Below are positions 10,034 through 20,572 of a stretch of 64,000 nucleotides of DNA, one piece after another. Each line of letters begins with the position of its first letter. Position 1 is the first letter of the stretch. The position numbers were made by a program, and so were the translations under genes. The notes under the pieces are model-generated. The model saw only the letters and a list, made by a program, of their open reading frames with translations. It searched no databases and was not told the origin of the DNA. The DNA is from Candidatus Versatilivorator sp. (GTDB lineage: Bacteria; Acidobacteriota; Terriglobia; Versatilivoradales; Versatilivoraceae): assembly GCA_965207735.1 (NCBI GenBank), contig OZ242296.1, forward strand, positions 3,808,001-3,872,000, written 5' to 3'.

Positions 10034-11518
10034 TCAGTTGTTCCACCTCCCTATCCCCATTTGCGCACGATTCGCGGAATTGTTCTGCACCTCGCGATCG
10101 TGTTCTTCTTGTCCCACTGACTGTTGCCTTCGACCGTTGCGTTTTTGCCCGAGGTCCCTGGACTTGATCCACAAGGCGTTCCTGTAGCGAAATCCGTAGG
10201 GGGATTTGGGCTTGGAATCAAACGGTACGAAGGTAAACCATTGGCCCTGGCTGCCGAGCACCCATCCTCCACGGTTCTGGTAGCCGAAGCTGGGGTAGGC
10301 CGACCGGCGCACTCTGGCCGAGAGGAGTGAATTGGACTTGGCCAACTGTTGGGCCCGTTCTTTGCTCCATTGGTTGAGGTCGTCCTTCTTCCTAAGCTTT
10401 CCCGAGTGAAGCTTGGAGGTTGCCGCTTCGACCTGGTAGCTTCTGCCGGATTCAAGCCGTCGCCTCTTCCGGTGATTCCCCATCCATTCCAAAGCCCCCT
10501 TGTAGACCGAGACGCGCAACCTGGACTCGAGGCTGAGGCGATACAGCCCTCTGGCGGCCACTTGAAAATCGCCTGCTGGAGTCGATATGGACAAAGAGTG
10601 GATGGCGGGATTGAAGGCGGCGGATTCCAGGATGATTTCACCCTTTAGAATCTCGAACTTCATCTTCCGATAGCCGGTCCTGATGAATCGGACCAGGCTG
10701 CTCTCGGCGAGCCGCAAGTAGCTGCCTGGATTCAAGAGCAGTTCCGCGCGACCATTCTCCAGGGTTCTTAGCCGCCCTCCGGCGTTCAACTTGTGACCGG
10801 CCGTCAACAGCCAGCGGTTGCTGCCCGCGAACCGATATTGAGGCGGTCTTCCCCAGAAGCTGTTCAACAAGAAAGCCGAACGCACCTGGCCCCAGGGGTC
10901 CAAGTGATCCCGACTGTGCTTGCCCAGCTCGGCCACCGCCGGAGGGTTTTCTGCAGCACTACTGAGAACGTACCGCTTGCCAGGGGTCAGGTTCAACGAT
11001 CGACCGTCTCGCTTCAGCCAGTTCAACTTGCCGGAGTGAACGGCAACCTCCAATGAAGAGGGTTCCTTGACTTGAATTCGATAAAATCCGTCTTTGAGAA
11101 ATTCCAGATCTCCGGCCGGTGTCGATAGCTTCAAGGCGTGACGCCGGCTCTTGAAGCGTCTGGAATCGACGACGAAGGTTCCTTCCGAAACGCGGAAGTG
11201 CATTTTTCGGTATGCCGTGTCGAGGACTTCCAGTCGGGCCTGGTCAGCCAGTCGAAGGTAACCGCCGGGATGCAACATGATTTCGAGACGGTCCCCGCGG
11301 CCTGTCCGGACAATGTCCCCGGGCTCCAATCGGTGGCCGATTGCGATTTCAGCCGGCACCCCTTGCCCGCCGGCAAGCAGAAGCTGTTTTCCCTTGACGT
11401 ACCGGACGGTGCCGGCTTGAAGGTGAGAGACGTGAGCCGCGGGATCCTTCGCCAGAGCCCGGGCGGCTCCAGCCAGAAGCAGGACCCCGGCCGCCGAAGT
11501 CAGGATGATTCCTTTCAT
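10034..11518 (-). CDS. Secreted protein with two tandem FecR-like domains
   Basis: Signal peptide MKGIILTSAAGVLLLAGAARALA; duplicated motif RT..GR.E.LL.PG.YLRLA...STPAGD....G.YR. Confidence 0.75.
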   Translation of the reverse strand: MKGIILTSAAGVLLLAGAARALAKDPAAHVSHLQAGTVRYVKGKQLLLAGGQGVPAEIAIGHRLEPGDIVRTGRGDRLEIMLHPGGYLRLADQARLEVLDTAYRKMHFRVSEGTFVVDSRRFKSRRHALKLSTPAGDLEFLKDGFYRIQVKEPSSLEVAVHSGKLNWLKRDGRSLNLTPGKRYVLSSAAENPPAVAELGKHSRDHLDPWGQVRSAFLLNSFWGRPPQYRFAGSNRWLLTAGHKLNAGGRLRTLENGRAELLLNPGSYLRLAESSLVRFIRTGYRKMKFEILKGEIILESAAFNPAIHSLSISTPAGDFQVAARGLYRLSLESRLRVSVYKGALEWMGNHRKRRRLESGRSYQVEAATSKLHSGKLRKKDDLNQWSKERAQQLAKSNSLLSARVRRSAYPSFGYQNRGGWVLGSQGQWFTFVPFDSKPKSPYGFRYRNALWIKSRDLGQKRNGRRQQSVGQEEHDREVQNNSANRAQMGIGRWNN

Positions 11519-11777
11519 GGCTTTGCCTCTCCGCCGGCGGAAAAATGAGCCCAACATCGGAAATGCAACGGGAGGACGGCACGACCCATCGATCACTGGC
11601 CCTATCTTAGTGATCCTGATTCTTCAATTCCAGTCTCATCTACGAACAAGAGTCTGTCGCCCCGGGATCAGTCGCGATCCGTGCTAAAATCAACGCAGAG
11701 TAGGCGATGATGCAGTCGCTTTCCGCGTAGTGACCTCTTCCGGAGCCTTCTTCAGGCAGTTTGCTGCAATCCAAGTG

Positions 11778-13475
11778 ATGAACAAGCCGACAGCACTGAG
11801 TCTGATTGCTTGCCTGGCCGCTTTGTCGGGGATATCCGCCAATGATTTGTCCCGCTCGGACAAGTCATTGCCTGCCTCGCCCTCGCTGGTCTTCGAGGAT
11901 GTGGCCGCCGAAGCGGGACTGGATTTTCAGCATTTCAGCGGCAGCCCCGAGAAGCAGTACATTCTGGAGAGCATGAGCGGGGGCGTGGCCTGGATCGACT
12001 TCGACCGGGACGGCTGGATGGACCTCTACCTGGTCAACGGGGGCCGCTGGGAGGATCTGGTTCAAGGCAAGCGCACGGTTTCCAATGCGCTCTATCGCAA
12101 CGACGGCGACGGCACCTTTACCAACGTGACCGAAAAGGCCGGAGTGGGAAATCGGCACTGGGGAATGGGAGTGGCCGCCGGCGACTACGACAATGACGGC
12201 TGGGTGGACCTGTTCGTCTGCAACTACGGTCCCAACACCCTCTACCGGAACAATGGGGACGGCACCTTCAAGGACATGACCGGCACGGCCGGAGTGGGAG
12301 ACGGTCGTTGGGGGGTCAGCGCATCCTGGGGTGACTACGACGCCGACGGCTGGCTGGATCTCTACGTCACCAACACGGTCCAGTTCGACTACAAGAACCC
12401 CGATCCCATGGAGTGCCACTACCGGGGGATAACGGTGCAGTGCGGTCCCCTGGGAATGGTCGGCGATTCCGATATCCTCTACCGCAACAACCGGGACGGG
12501 ACCTTTAGCGACCTGAGCGAGAAGGCCGGCGTCTCGGACGTGCCCCCCTCCTACGGCCTGGGCGCCATCTGGACCGACTACGACAACGACGGAGACCTGG
12601 ACCTCTATGTGGCCAACGACCAAATGGCCAATTTTCTCTTTCGCAACCTGGGAGACGGCACCTTTGAGGAAACCGGGCTCATTGCGGGCGCTGCATTCAG
12701 CGATGACGGGACGGCTCAGGGCAGCATGGGAGTGGATTTCGGCGACTATGACCGCGACGGCCTGCTGGATATCTACATCACCCATTTTTCAGACGACTAC
12801 AATACGCTTTTCCGCAATCTGGGCCAGGGCAGGTTTCGCGACATGACCCGGGGAGCCGGCTTGACCTTCAGCAGTTGGCCCATGGTGGGTTGGGGCACGG
12901 GGTTCGCGGACCTGGACCATGACGGTTGGGAGGACATCTTTGCCGCCAACGGCCACGTGTTTCCCCAGGTGGACGGATACAAGATCGGCACCAGCTTCCA
13001 TCAACGCAGCCAAGTCTTCCGCAACCTGGGCGACGGCAAGTTCCAGGAGGTGTCGGCCGGACTCGACAAGCTCAAGTCCTGGTCCAGCCGGGGGGTGGCC
13101 TTTGCCGACTTCGACAACGACGGCGATATCGACGTCGCCGTCAACAACCTGGACGGAGTCCCCTGGCTCTTGAGGAATCGAAAGGGGAGTCAGGCCGGCA
13201 ATTGGCTCCTGCTTTCTCTGGAGGGGACCCGAACCAATCGCAGCGCCATCGGGACCAGGATTACCCTCGAGACCGGAGAGGGGAAGCAGATCCGGGAGGT
13301 GCGGGGTGGGTCCAGCTACGAATCCACCCACGACTTCCGGGTCCACTTCGGCCTGGGCGGGCTCGAGACCGTCAAGAAATTGATCGTCCGCTGGACCGAT
13401 GGAACTACCCAGGACTTCGAGAACCTGTCGGTCAACCGCGTCTACCGGCTCAAGGAGGGGGGCGAGCTCGAGTAG
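11778..13475 (+). CDS. CRTAC1-family protein (FG-GAP plus ASPIC/UnbV)
   Basis: ESMSGGVAWIDFDRDGWMDLY, repeated DYDNDG, NRSAIGTRI...HFGLG; signal peptide from ATG 11778. Confidence 0.9.
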   Translation: MNKPTALSLIACLAALSGISANDLSRSDKSLPASPSLVFEDVAAEAGLDFQHFSGSPEKQYILESMSGGVAWIDFDRDGWMDLYLVNGGRWEDLVQGKRTVSNALYRNDGDGTFTNVTEKAGVGNRHWGMGVAAGDYDNDGWVDLFVCNYGPNTLYRNNGDGTFKDMTGTAGVGDGRWGVSASWGDYDADGWLDLYVTNTVQFDYKNPDPMECHYRGITVQCGPLGMVGDSDILYRNNRDGTFSDLSEKAGVSDVPPSYGLGAIWTDYDNDGDLDLYVANDQMANFLFRNLGDGTFEETGLIAGAAFSDDGTAQGSMGVDFGDYDRDGLLDIYITHFSDDYNTLFRNLGQGRFRDMTRGAGLTFSSWPMVGWGTGFADLDHDGWEDIFAANGHVFPQVDGYKIGTSFHQRSQVFRNLGDGKFQEVSAGLDKLKSWSSRGVAFADFDNDGDIDVAVNNLDGVPWLLRNRKGSQAGNWLLLSLEGTRTNRSAIGTRITLETGEGKQIREVRGGSSYESTHDFRVHFGLGGLETVKKLIVRWTDGTTQDFENLSVNRVYRLKEGGELE

Positions 13476-13478
13476 CCC

Positions 13479-13729
13479 CGGGGAAGATCAATCGAGAAGG
13501 ACTATAAATTGAACATGGATGCACAGGATGCACAGGATAATCAGGACCAGAGGCTGCTGCACGAAACGCAGACTCCGGCGATGATCGGGTGCGGATTTGA
13601 GGATGTCCAGGATTGCAAGCCAGCCGTCTCCGGAAAAAATCCTGTGCATCCATGTGAATCAAGAATCTACCCGTGCTTGACGTTGAACCGGTTTCCAGCC
13701 ACCCGGCGCAGGGGGTTGTTTCAGGCAAG
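13479..13729 (+). mobile_element. Non-coding repeat element (MITE-A) ending in an IS110-type right end
   Basis: Start cggggaagatcaatcgagaaggactataaattgaacat recurs at 33920; internal inverted gatgcacaggat/atcctgtgcatc; ends ggggttgtttcaggcaag, identical to 17059-17076. Confidence 0.6.
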
Positions 13730-13886
13730 CCGGGCCCCCGCCCTGGTGTGCGGATCATACATAGAGTGAAACAATCAGAAATCGATCAACCCTTCGCGAA
13801 CGTGGTACCCCGTCGCGGCCAACCTCAGCGCCTTAGTGGCCCTTCGTGGTCCTTCGTGCCCCTTCGTGGAAATGTCTTTTTCTTTT

Positions 13887-15373
13887 GAGCCTTTTGCAAA
13901 ATTCGCAGATAGCGGGAATTTTCACGTGGGGAAAGATCAAGGAGGGCAGGTGGAAGGAGGGGCAAGACCACTGTCTGTTGTATCATGAAGGTGTCTGAAC
14001 CACATGATGAACGGAGGTGGAACTTGCCCCTTAGGGAAACCCTATCACGACACTGGTTCCGGTTTCAACGAGAGCTGTTTCCCCTGCTGGAGGAAGTTTT
14101 GGGGCCTCTGGGAGAGCGTTACCAGCGGCTGGTGCAGGTATTGGAGTTGGTGCGGGTGGAGGAGTTGCTGCCTTACAGTCGGGGCTGGCGTGGCCGGCCG
14201 CTGGAGGATCGGGCAGTGCTGGCGCGAGCCTATCTGGCGAAGTCGATGCTGGAGGTGGCGACCACGCGGGGATTGGTGGAGCGGCTGAGGAGTGAGGGGA
14301 GGCTGCGGCGGCTGTGCGGCTGGGAGAGGGCGTGGGAGGTACCGAGCGAGTCGACCTTCTCGCGGGCCTTTGCGGAATTCGCTGAGAGCGACCTGCCGGG
14401 GCGTTTGCACGAGGCATTGCTGGAGGAGACGCTGAAGGGCCACTTGGCGGGGCATGTGTCGAGGGACTCGACGGCGATTGCGGGACGGGAAAAGCCAGCG
14501 GCCAAGGCTGCGCCGGAGGCCAAGCGGAAACGCCGGCGGGGCCGGCCGCCGAAGGGCGAGCGACGGCCCAAGCGGTTGAGCCGGCTGGAGCGGCAGGGGT
14601 CGATGACGCTGGAGGAAATGTTGAAGGAGTTGCCCAAGGCCTGCGACATCGGCGTCAAGCGCAACGCCAAGGGGCATCAGGAGAGCTGGACCGGCTACAA
14701 GCTACACCTCGACGCCATTGACGGCGGGATTCCGGTCAGTTGTCTGCTGACCTCGGCCTCGGTGCATGACTCTCAGGCAGCCATTCCGCTGGCGACGCTG
14801 ACGGCAAGGCGGGTCGAGAGTCTCTACGACTTGATGGACAGCGCCTACGATGCGCCGGAGATCCGGGCCTTCAGTGAGAAGCTGGGGCATGTGCCGATTA
14901 TTGACGTCAACCCCCGCCGAAGAGCTACCTTGAAAGCCGAGCGGAAGCGGGAGGCACTGGCCCGGCGCTGTATCGGCCAAGTGACTCCCGAGGCGCGGCG
15001 CTACCGGGAACGCTCGACGGTGGAGCGGGTCAACGGACGGCTCAAGGAGGAGTTTGGCGGGAGGCAGGTGAGGGTTCGCGGCCCCGACAAGGTGAGGTGC
15101 CACCTGATGTTCGGCATTCTGGCCCTGACGGTGGATCAGTTGATGCGCCTGACGCTCTGAAGACCGGGTTGCCACCCCCAACCGCACAGCAGGTTCGCCC
15201 GCCTCAAGGCCGGGAGAGGGTAAGCTGTGCCTGCGTCCGGCGACCGCTGGCCATCCGGCCATCAGATTCGGGCTTTTTCCTTCAAAAGGGTCTTTGCAGC
15301 TGGGTAGTCACCGCCGGAACATCACTGTTGCCAGCCCAATGTCATGCCCGATTCCGAATTTTGCAAAAGGCTC
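13887..15373 (+). mobile_element. 1487-bp DDE insertion sequence (IS5/IS1182-like), copy 1
   Basis: Terminal IRs GAGCCTTTTGCAAAATTCG; 4-bp target duplication TTTT. Confidence 0.95.
13985..15160 (+). CDS. DDE transposase (391 aa)
   Basis: RRLCGW...PSESTFSRAF N-terminal domain; DST, GYKLH, DSAYD, VERVNGRLK catalytic motifs. Confidence 0.95.
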   Translation: MKVSEPHDERRWNLPLRETLSRHWFRFQRELFPLLEEVLGPLGERYQRLVQVLELVRVEELLPYSRGWRGRPLEDRAVLARAYLAKSMLEVATTRGLVERLRSEGRLRRLCGWERAWEVPSESTFSRAFAEFAESDLPGRLHEALLEETLKGHLAGHVSRDSTAIAGREKPAAKAAPEAKRKRRRGRPPKGERRPKRLSRLERQGSMTLEEMLKELPKACDIGVKRNAKGHQESWTGYKLHLDAIDGGIPVSCLLTSASVHDSQAAIPLATLTARRVESLYDLMDSAYDAPEIRAFSEKLGHVPIIDVNPRRRATLKAERKREALARRCIGQVTPEARRYRERSTVERVNGRLKEEFGGRQVRVRGPDKVRCHLMFGILALTVDQLMRLTL

Positions 15374-15402
15374 TTTTGTCTTTTTAGGTTGTTTCAGACA
15401 AG

Positions 15403-17076
15403 TCCCGCCCCCGCCCCCCACGACGGGGCGGATCATTCGAGGGTGAAACAACGGATCATTGTGAAAGAATAAGCACCTGGCGAGACTCCGGCAGCTACGC
15501 CCCGTTTCAGCATTGGTGCCCCGTGCCCCAAGGCAAGTCTGGGTCCGAGCAGGTCATCATTCATTAGTGAGGCTTCCCGGGAAGTTCTCCTCAAGGCAAG
15601 AATCCGAACGACCACGCCAACTCGGGCCGGAGCCCTCGCTCTCGAGGAGGCCAATCTCATGCAAAAGAGCAGGAAAGTCAACACGAAGGCGAAGAAGAAG
15701 CGCAGCCGTTCGACGGCCTTGTCGCGGATCCACCCCGAGGTGGCAGGGATCGACCTGGGGAGTCGGGAGCACTGGGTGTGCGCTCCGGAGGTAACCCCAG
15801 GGAAGCCGAACGTGCGCACCTTCGGCACCACCATGCCGCAGTTGCAGCATCTGGCCGACTGGTTGCTGGAACAAGGGGTGGAGTCGGTGGCGATGGAGAG
15901 CACCAACGTGTATTGGATTCCCCTCTACGAACTGCTGGAGTCCTGCGGCATCGAGGTGCTGCTGGTCAACGCCCGGCAGTTGCGCTACGTTCCGGGCCGC
16001 AAGACCGACATGCGGGACTGCCAGTGGATCCAGTTGCTGCACAGCTGCGGCTTGCTGCGGGGATCCTTCCGTCCGCACGAGGCGATCGTCCGGGTTCGGA
16101 CCCTGCACCGGCAACTGAGCACTCTGGGGGCCGAGAGTACCCGCTTTGTGCAGTGGATGCAGAAGGCGCTGGATCAGATGAACGTCCAGATCCATCGTGC
16201 GGTCACCGATCTGACCGGTCAGACGGGGATGGCGATCGTGCGGGCGATTGTCGACGGCGAACGGGACCCGGTCCGTCTGGCGGGTCTGCGGGACCGACGG
16301 TGCAAGAAGTCCAGCCGGGAGTTTGCCGAGCACCTCACGGGCAACTGGCGCGACGAGCATCTGTTCAACCTCAAGTCGGCGCTGAAGCTCTACGACATGA
16401 CTCAACGCGAGATTGCGGCCTATGAGGCCCGCATTCTGGAGGAAATCCAAGCGCTGCAACCGGTGGAGCGCCGCGACCAGCCCGTGCCGAAGCATCCCAA
16501 TGCGATCAAGGAAAAGGCGATTAGCCGCCGAGGCGGGCACCACCTGCGCACCGAACTGTGGCGCTTTGCCGGGGTCGATCTGACGCGCATCGACGGCATC
16601 GGCACCGAAGCGGCCCTGACCCTGCTGACTGAGGCCGGCCTCGACCTGACGGCCTTCCCCTCGGAGAAGCACTTTGTATCCTGGCTGCGCCTGGCTCCAA
16701 AAACGGCCGTCTCCGCAGGCAAGCCGCTCCACTACAAGAAGGCCAACAGCACCGGGTCTACTCGCGCCGCCGCCGTCCTGCGCATGGCAGCCGTCTCTCT
16801 GAAGCACTCCAAGACCGCTCTGGGGGCCGCCTTCCGTCGCAAGGCCCGCCACAAGGGATGGACCGTCGCCGTCTTCTCCATGGCCCGCCGGCTGGCCGTT
16901 CTCGTCTACCGCATGCTGCGCTACGGCCAGGACTACATCGACATCGGGGAAGCGTGCTACGAAGACCGGTTCCGGAGACGCCGCCTCGCGGGCCTCAAAG
17001 ATGCTGCTAAGTCTCTTGGTTTCAACCTAGTTCCACAAATCGCAGCCGCTTGAACTGCGGGGTTGTTTCAGGCAAG
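15403..17076 (+). mobile_element. IS110-family element with a ~256-bp left non-coding end
   Basis: Contains a DEDD transposase; ends inferred from shared junction motif gttgtttcagRcaag; no target duplication. Confidence 0.75.
15659..17053 (+). CDS. IS110-family DEDD transposase/recombinase
   Basis: GIDLG, AMEST, GRKTDMRD catalytic residues; IDGIG and SAGK in the C-terminal Tnp domain. Confidence 0.95.
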   Translation: MQKSRKVNTKAKKKRSRSTALSRIHPEVAGIDLGSREHWVCAPEVTPGKPNVRTFGTTMPQLQHLADWLLEQGVESVAMESTNVYWIPLYELLESCGIEVLLVNARQLRYVPGRKTDMRDCQWIQLLHSCGLLRGSFRPHEAIVRVRTLHRQLSTLGAESTRFVQWMQKALDQMNVQIHRAVTDLTGQTGMAIVRAIVDGERDPVRLAGLRDRRCKKSSREFAEHLTGNWRDEHLFNLKSALKLYDMTQREIAAYEARILEEIQALQPVERRDQPVPKHPNAIKEKAISRRGGHHLRTELWRFAGVDLTRIDGIGTEAALTLLTEAGLDLTAFPSEKHFVSWLRLAPKTAVSAGKPLHYKKANSTGSTRAAAVLRMAAVSLKHSKTALGAAFRRKARHKGWTVAVFSMARRLAVLVYRMLRYGQDYIDIGEACYEDRFRRRRLAGLKDAAKSLGFNLVPQIAAA

Positions 17077-17086
17077 GCAAGCGCGC

Positions 17087-18061
17087 ATGCACCGGATTTC
17101 TTTCCTCCTCTTGACAGCCTGCCTCTTCGTTTCCGGCGCTGCCGGCGCTGCCGAATCACCCCATTACCTGGAGGCCAGGCAGAGGTACGAAAACAAGGAG
17201 TACCTTTTGGCCATGCTGGCCGCGGAAAGGGCCGTGCAGGAGGACGGAGAGAACGCAGCACACCGTTACCTCTACGGCGCCGTCCTGGCTGAGCTGAAGC
17301 AGTTTTCGGATGCGGAATCCCACTTGCGAAAGGCCGTAACCCTGGACGGTCAAAACGCGGAGACCCTCTACCAGTTGGGGCGGGTCCTGCTGGAACAGTC
17401 GCGGCAAGCCGTCATCCGGCGAGGCATGAGCGCCGGGGTCAGGATGTCGCGTAGCGACACCGTGGACGCGGAGGGCTTGGCGCTGCTGGAGCGCGCCGTC
17501 AAGCTGGACGGCGGCCACCTGGCGGCTCGGGTCCGCCTGGGGCGCGCCTACACCGACCAGAATCGACACCTCGAGACGCTGGAGCAATTCCAGGCGGTGG
17601 CCGACGCCGATCCCCGCTATCCCGAGATCCACTCCTATCTGGCGGTGCTCTACCTGAAAATGGGACGGGTGATCCAGGCGATCCGGGCACTGCAGACGGA
17701 AGTCGAGTTCTACCCCGACAACGCCATGGCCCGCCTGGACCTGGGCGACCTTCTGTTGCAGTTGGCTCAGCCCAGGGTGGCTCTCCGGCACCTGCTTGCG
17801 GCCGAGCAGGAGAGCCCGGAAACCGCCGACCTTCACTACTCCCTGGCCAAAGCCTACCGAGCCCTGGACCAGCCCGGGAAAGCCCTGGCCTCGGCCCGCA
17901 AGTGCGTCGACCTGGCGCCCGAGGCGGCCGCTCCTCGCTACCTGTTGGCCCAGCTCCATCGCCGCAACGGCCAGCCCGATCTGGCTCGGCGGGAGCTGGC
18001 GACCGCGGAACGGTTGAGAAGCCGGCAGGCTGCCACCTATCGTCCTCCCAAAGCTGATTGA
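17087..18061 (+). CDS. Secreted TPR protein
   Basis: Signal peptide from ATG 17087; ESPHYLEARQRYENKEYLLAMLAA module; TPRs. Confidence 0.85.
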   Translation: MHRISFLLLTACLFVSGAAGAAESPHYLEARQRYENKEYLLAMLAAERAVQEDGENAAHRYLYGAVLAELKQFSDAESHLRKAVTLDGQNAETLYQLGRVLLEQSRQAVIRRGMSAGVRMSRSDTVDAEGLALLERAVKLDGGHLAARVRLGRAYTDQNRHLETLEQFQAVADADPRYPEIHSYLAVLYLKMGRVIQAIRALQTEVEFYPDNAMARLDLGDLLLQLAQPRVALRHLLAAEQESPETADLHYSLAKAYRALDQPGKALASARKCVDLAPEAAAPRYLLAQLHRRNGQPDLARRELATAERLRSRQAATYRPPKAD

Positions 18062-18082
18062 TCCGCCTCAATGGGTCTTTGA

Positions 18083-19264
18083 TCAGTCGGAGGGCGGCAC
18101 GACCCGAATCCAGTGATCCGCAAAGGCCGAATGGGTCATGAAACCGGTCTCTTGGGGCATGTGACAGCTCACGCAGTCGTTGTTCGATTGGGGGCAGGGG
18201 ACGGCGAATCCGACCTGGCTGCCGTGGCAGCTCAGGCAGTTGCGATCGAAGGAGCCGGCCAGATTCTCGTGGGGGTCGTGGCAGGTGGTGCACTTGAGGC
18301 GGCCGCCGCTCTCGTTGTAGCAGCGACTGAGCACCAGCCGCTCGGCCGGGAAGCGGACGCTGTGATCCATGGCCATGGCATGGCCCAGAGCTCTCAGGTC
18401 GGCTCCTCCCGGGGGGATCCCGTGGCAGGCGCCGCAGAAGTAGACTTGCTCCAGGGCGCCCAGGCGGCCTGGATTGCCGATGCCGCGGGAGGGGTTGCCG
18501 CTGTCCTCGGCCATGGCCCGGATATGTTGCTCACCCGAGCCGTGGCAGCGCTCGCAGTGAACACCGGCATCCGCCGCCGGGATCGAGTCGGGAGGAGTGT
18601 TCTGGTTGCGGGTCATGTGGCAGCTCAGGCAATGGGCGCTCTCGTGCGGGTTCAACCAGCCCGCCAGGGCGTCGTAGGCATCGGCGGGGCGCTTTTCCAG
18701 CCCGGTGGTGACATCCAACTTCCCGATCTTCTGGTACCAGCTCACCCGGCTCTGCCCGAATGCACCCTGGTCGCTCCGGCCGATAAAGGTAATTCCCTTT
18801 CTGCCGGCTCCCACCCCCCAGAGCAGGCGCAGTCTCTCCTCCCGCGTTCCCATCCGGGCCACCAGGTCCACCCCCGTCCGTTGTGCCGAGGAGCGTTCGA
18901 TCCGATATCTGACCCCGCTGGCCCGGTCCAGGTGCTCGACGGGCAGCGCCTGCATCAGTTCCGGGAAGTCTTCCACTTTCATCATGGTATGGGCGTGATC
19001 GCTGGCCAGTTGCCTGGAGGCGATCTCGAGGTGACAGGCGGCGCATTGCCCGGCGCCGTTTTCGGCTGCATCGGAATCGGACGGGGAGGAGGTCGACAGC
19101 AGCGCGGCCGAAAGCGTCCCTGCCACCACCAGGACAGACAGCAGCAACGCCAGTGGTTTCCCGGACAGAGTCAATCGTTGCGGTCCAGTATGCGTTTCCC
19201 TGATAGGGTTGATTTTAAAAGGGTTGTCGAACATTTCCATTGCGTTTCGGCCAGACGCCGGCAT
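18083..19264 (-). CDS. Multiheme c-type cytochrome (7 CxxCH); start uncertain
   Basis: CAACH, CLSCH, CERCH, CGACH, CTTCH, CLSCH, CVSCH; shares LLWG.GAGRKGITFIG and FADHWIR with 8677..9834. Confidence 0.9.
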   Translation of the reverse strand: MPASGRNAMEMFDNPFKINPIRETHTGPQRLTLSGKPLALLLSVLVVAGTLSAALLSTSSPSDSDAAENGAGQCAACHLEIASRQLASDHAHTMMKVEDFPELMQALPVEHLDRASGVRYRIERSSAQRTGVDLVARMGTREERLRLLWGVGAGRKGITFIGRSDQGAFGQSRVSWYQKIGKLDVTTGLEKRPADAYDALAGWLNPHESAHCLSCHMTRNQNTPPDSIPAADAGVHCERCHGSGEQHIRAMAEDSGNPSRGIGNPGRLGALEQVYFCGACHGIPPGGADLRALGHAMAMDHSVRFPAERLVLSRCYNESGGRLKCTTCHDPHENLAGSFDRNCLSCHGSQVGFAVPCPQSNNDCVSCHMPQETGFMTHSAFADHWIRVVPPSD

Positions 19265-19420
19265 CTTTCCGACCAGTCGCCATCATGGACAGGGGCGGAC
19301 CTTTTGTCAACCAAATCCAGGTTGCGCCGGACTAGCTCACCCGCTAAAGTAACCTGAGTGGAAACCGGCTCGGGCAGGGTCGTTCCAAGGGGGCCGCCCA
19401 TCGAAACGGAATCGAGGACG

Positions 19421-20473
19421 ATGATCGAGGACCGGAATCCTGCAGGCAATCCGACCGCCAATCGGCGTTGGGCGAATCCGCGGCGGGCGGGTGCTTTTCT
19501 TTGGGCTTTTGCCGGGCTCTTGGGCTTGGTGACGGTGGGCTGGACCCAGTCGGCCCACTACCGGGAAGCCCGGGAGCGGTTCGACAAGGGAGAGTTCCTG
19601 TTGGCCATGTTGGCGGCTCAGAAGGCCGTGGAAGAGGACGGCGACAAAGCGGAGCATCTCCACCTGTACGGCGCCGTCCTGCTGGAACTGAAGCAATACT
19701 CGGAAGCTGAACAGTATTTGCGGCAAGCCGTGGCTTCCGAGCCCGATCGGGCCGAGTTTCAATTTTCCCTGGGCGAACTCCTGCTGGCCCGGACCATGGA
19801 GGCGGCCATATTCAAGGAGACCCGCTCCGGCGTGGGCCAGCCCAGGATGCGGAACGTGGATCCCGAGGGGCTCAAGGCCCTGGAGCGCGCGGTTGCACTG
19901 GATCGCGGCCTGCTGAAAGCCCGCCTGCGGCTGGGCCGGGCCTACTATGACCTCAACCGGCACGACCTGGCCCTGGAGCAATTCGAGGCTATCGCTCGCA
20001 AGAATCCCCGCTATCCCTGGATCCATTCCTCCCGGGCGGTGGTGTACATGAACGCCGGCGCCATCGACTCGGCCGTGCAGGCGCTGCAAACGGAACTGCG
20101 GAATTATCCCGATCACCATTCCGCAAGGCTGGAGCTGGGAGAGGCACTGCTCAAGTCCGGCGACACGGCCCAGGCGGTCGAGCATCTGCTCCAACTCGAG
20201 GAGCAAGATATATCCCCGGCCGACCGCGTGTCCCTGAATCATTCACTCTCCAAGGCTTACCGGGATCTGGGCCAACTGGAGAAAGCCCTGGCTGCCTCCC
20301 GCCGGGCCTTGGAGTTGGATCCCGACTTTCCCGACGGTCACTACCTGCTGGCTCAGATTTACGAGCAAACGGGGCAAGCGGAGCTGGCCCGCCGGCAGAT
20401 GGATACCTTTCGCAGGGTCCAACGGGAAAAGCGACAGAGAACGCTGGGGCCCCTGCAAAGGGGAGGCCGCTGA
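19421..20473 (+). CDS. Secreted TPR protein
   Basis: RBS gagga before ATG 19421; QSAHYREARERFDKGEFLLAMLAAQKAV module; TPRs. Confidence 0.85.
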   Translation: MIEDRNPAGNPTANRRWANPRRAGAFLWAFAGLLGLVTVGWTQSAHYREARERFDKGEFLLAMLAAQKAVEEDGDKAEHLHLYGAVLLELKQYSEAEQYLRQAVASEPDRAEFQFSLGELLLARTMEAAIFKETRSGVGQPRMRNVDPEGLKALERAVALDRGLLKARLRLGRAYYDLNRHDLALEQFEAIARKNPRYPWIHSSRAVVYMNAGAIDSAVQALQTELRNYPDHHSARLELGEALLKSGDTAQAVEHLLQLEEQDISPADRVSLNHSLSKAYRDLGQLEKALAASRRALELDPDFPDGHYLLAQIYEQTGQAELARRQMDTFRRVQREKRQRTLGPLQRGGR

Positions 20474-20572
20474 AATTCATTTCACAAACGACGATTCGGG
20501 ACTATAATTCTGAAGATCAATCAAACGTCAAGTTGGTAGTCTTGTCCCGAATGCCGTCCTGGCAGGTGCCTT

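Larger units (their letters stand above)
13730..15402 (+). mobile_element. Second copy of the 7411-7592 MITE, interrupted by the 1487-bp IS
   Basis: Removing the IS and one TTTT restores ttcttttgtc as in 7560-7569; ends gttgtttcagacaag. Confidence 0.7.
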
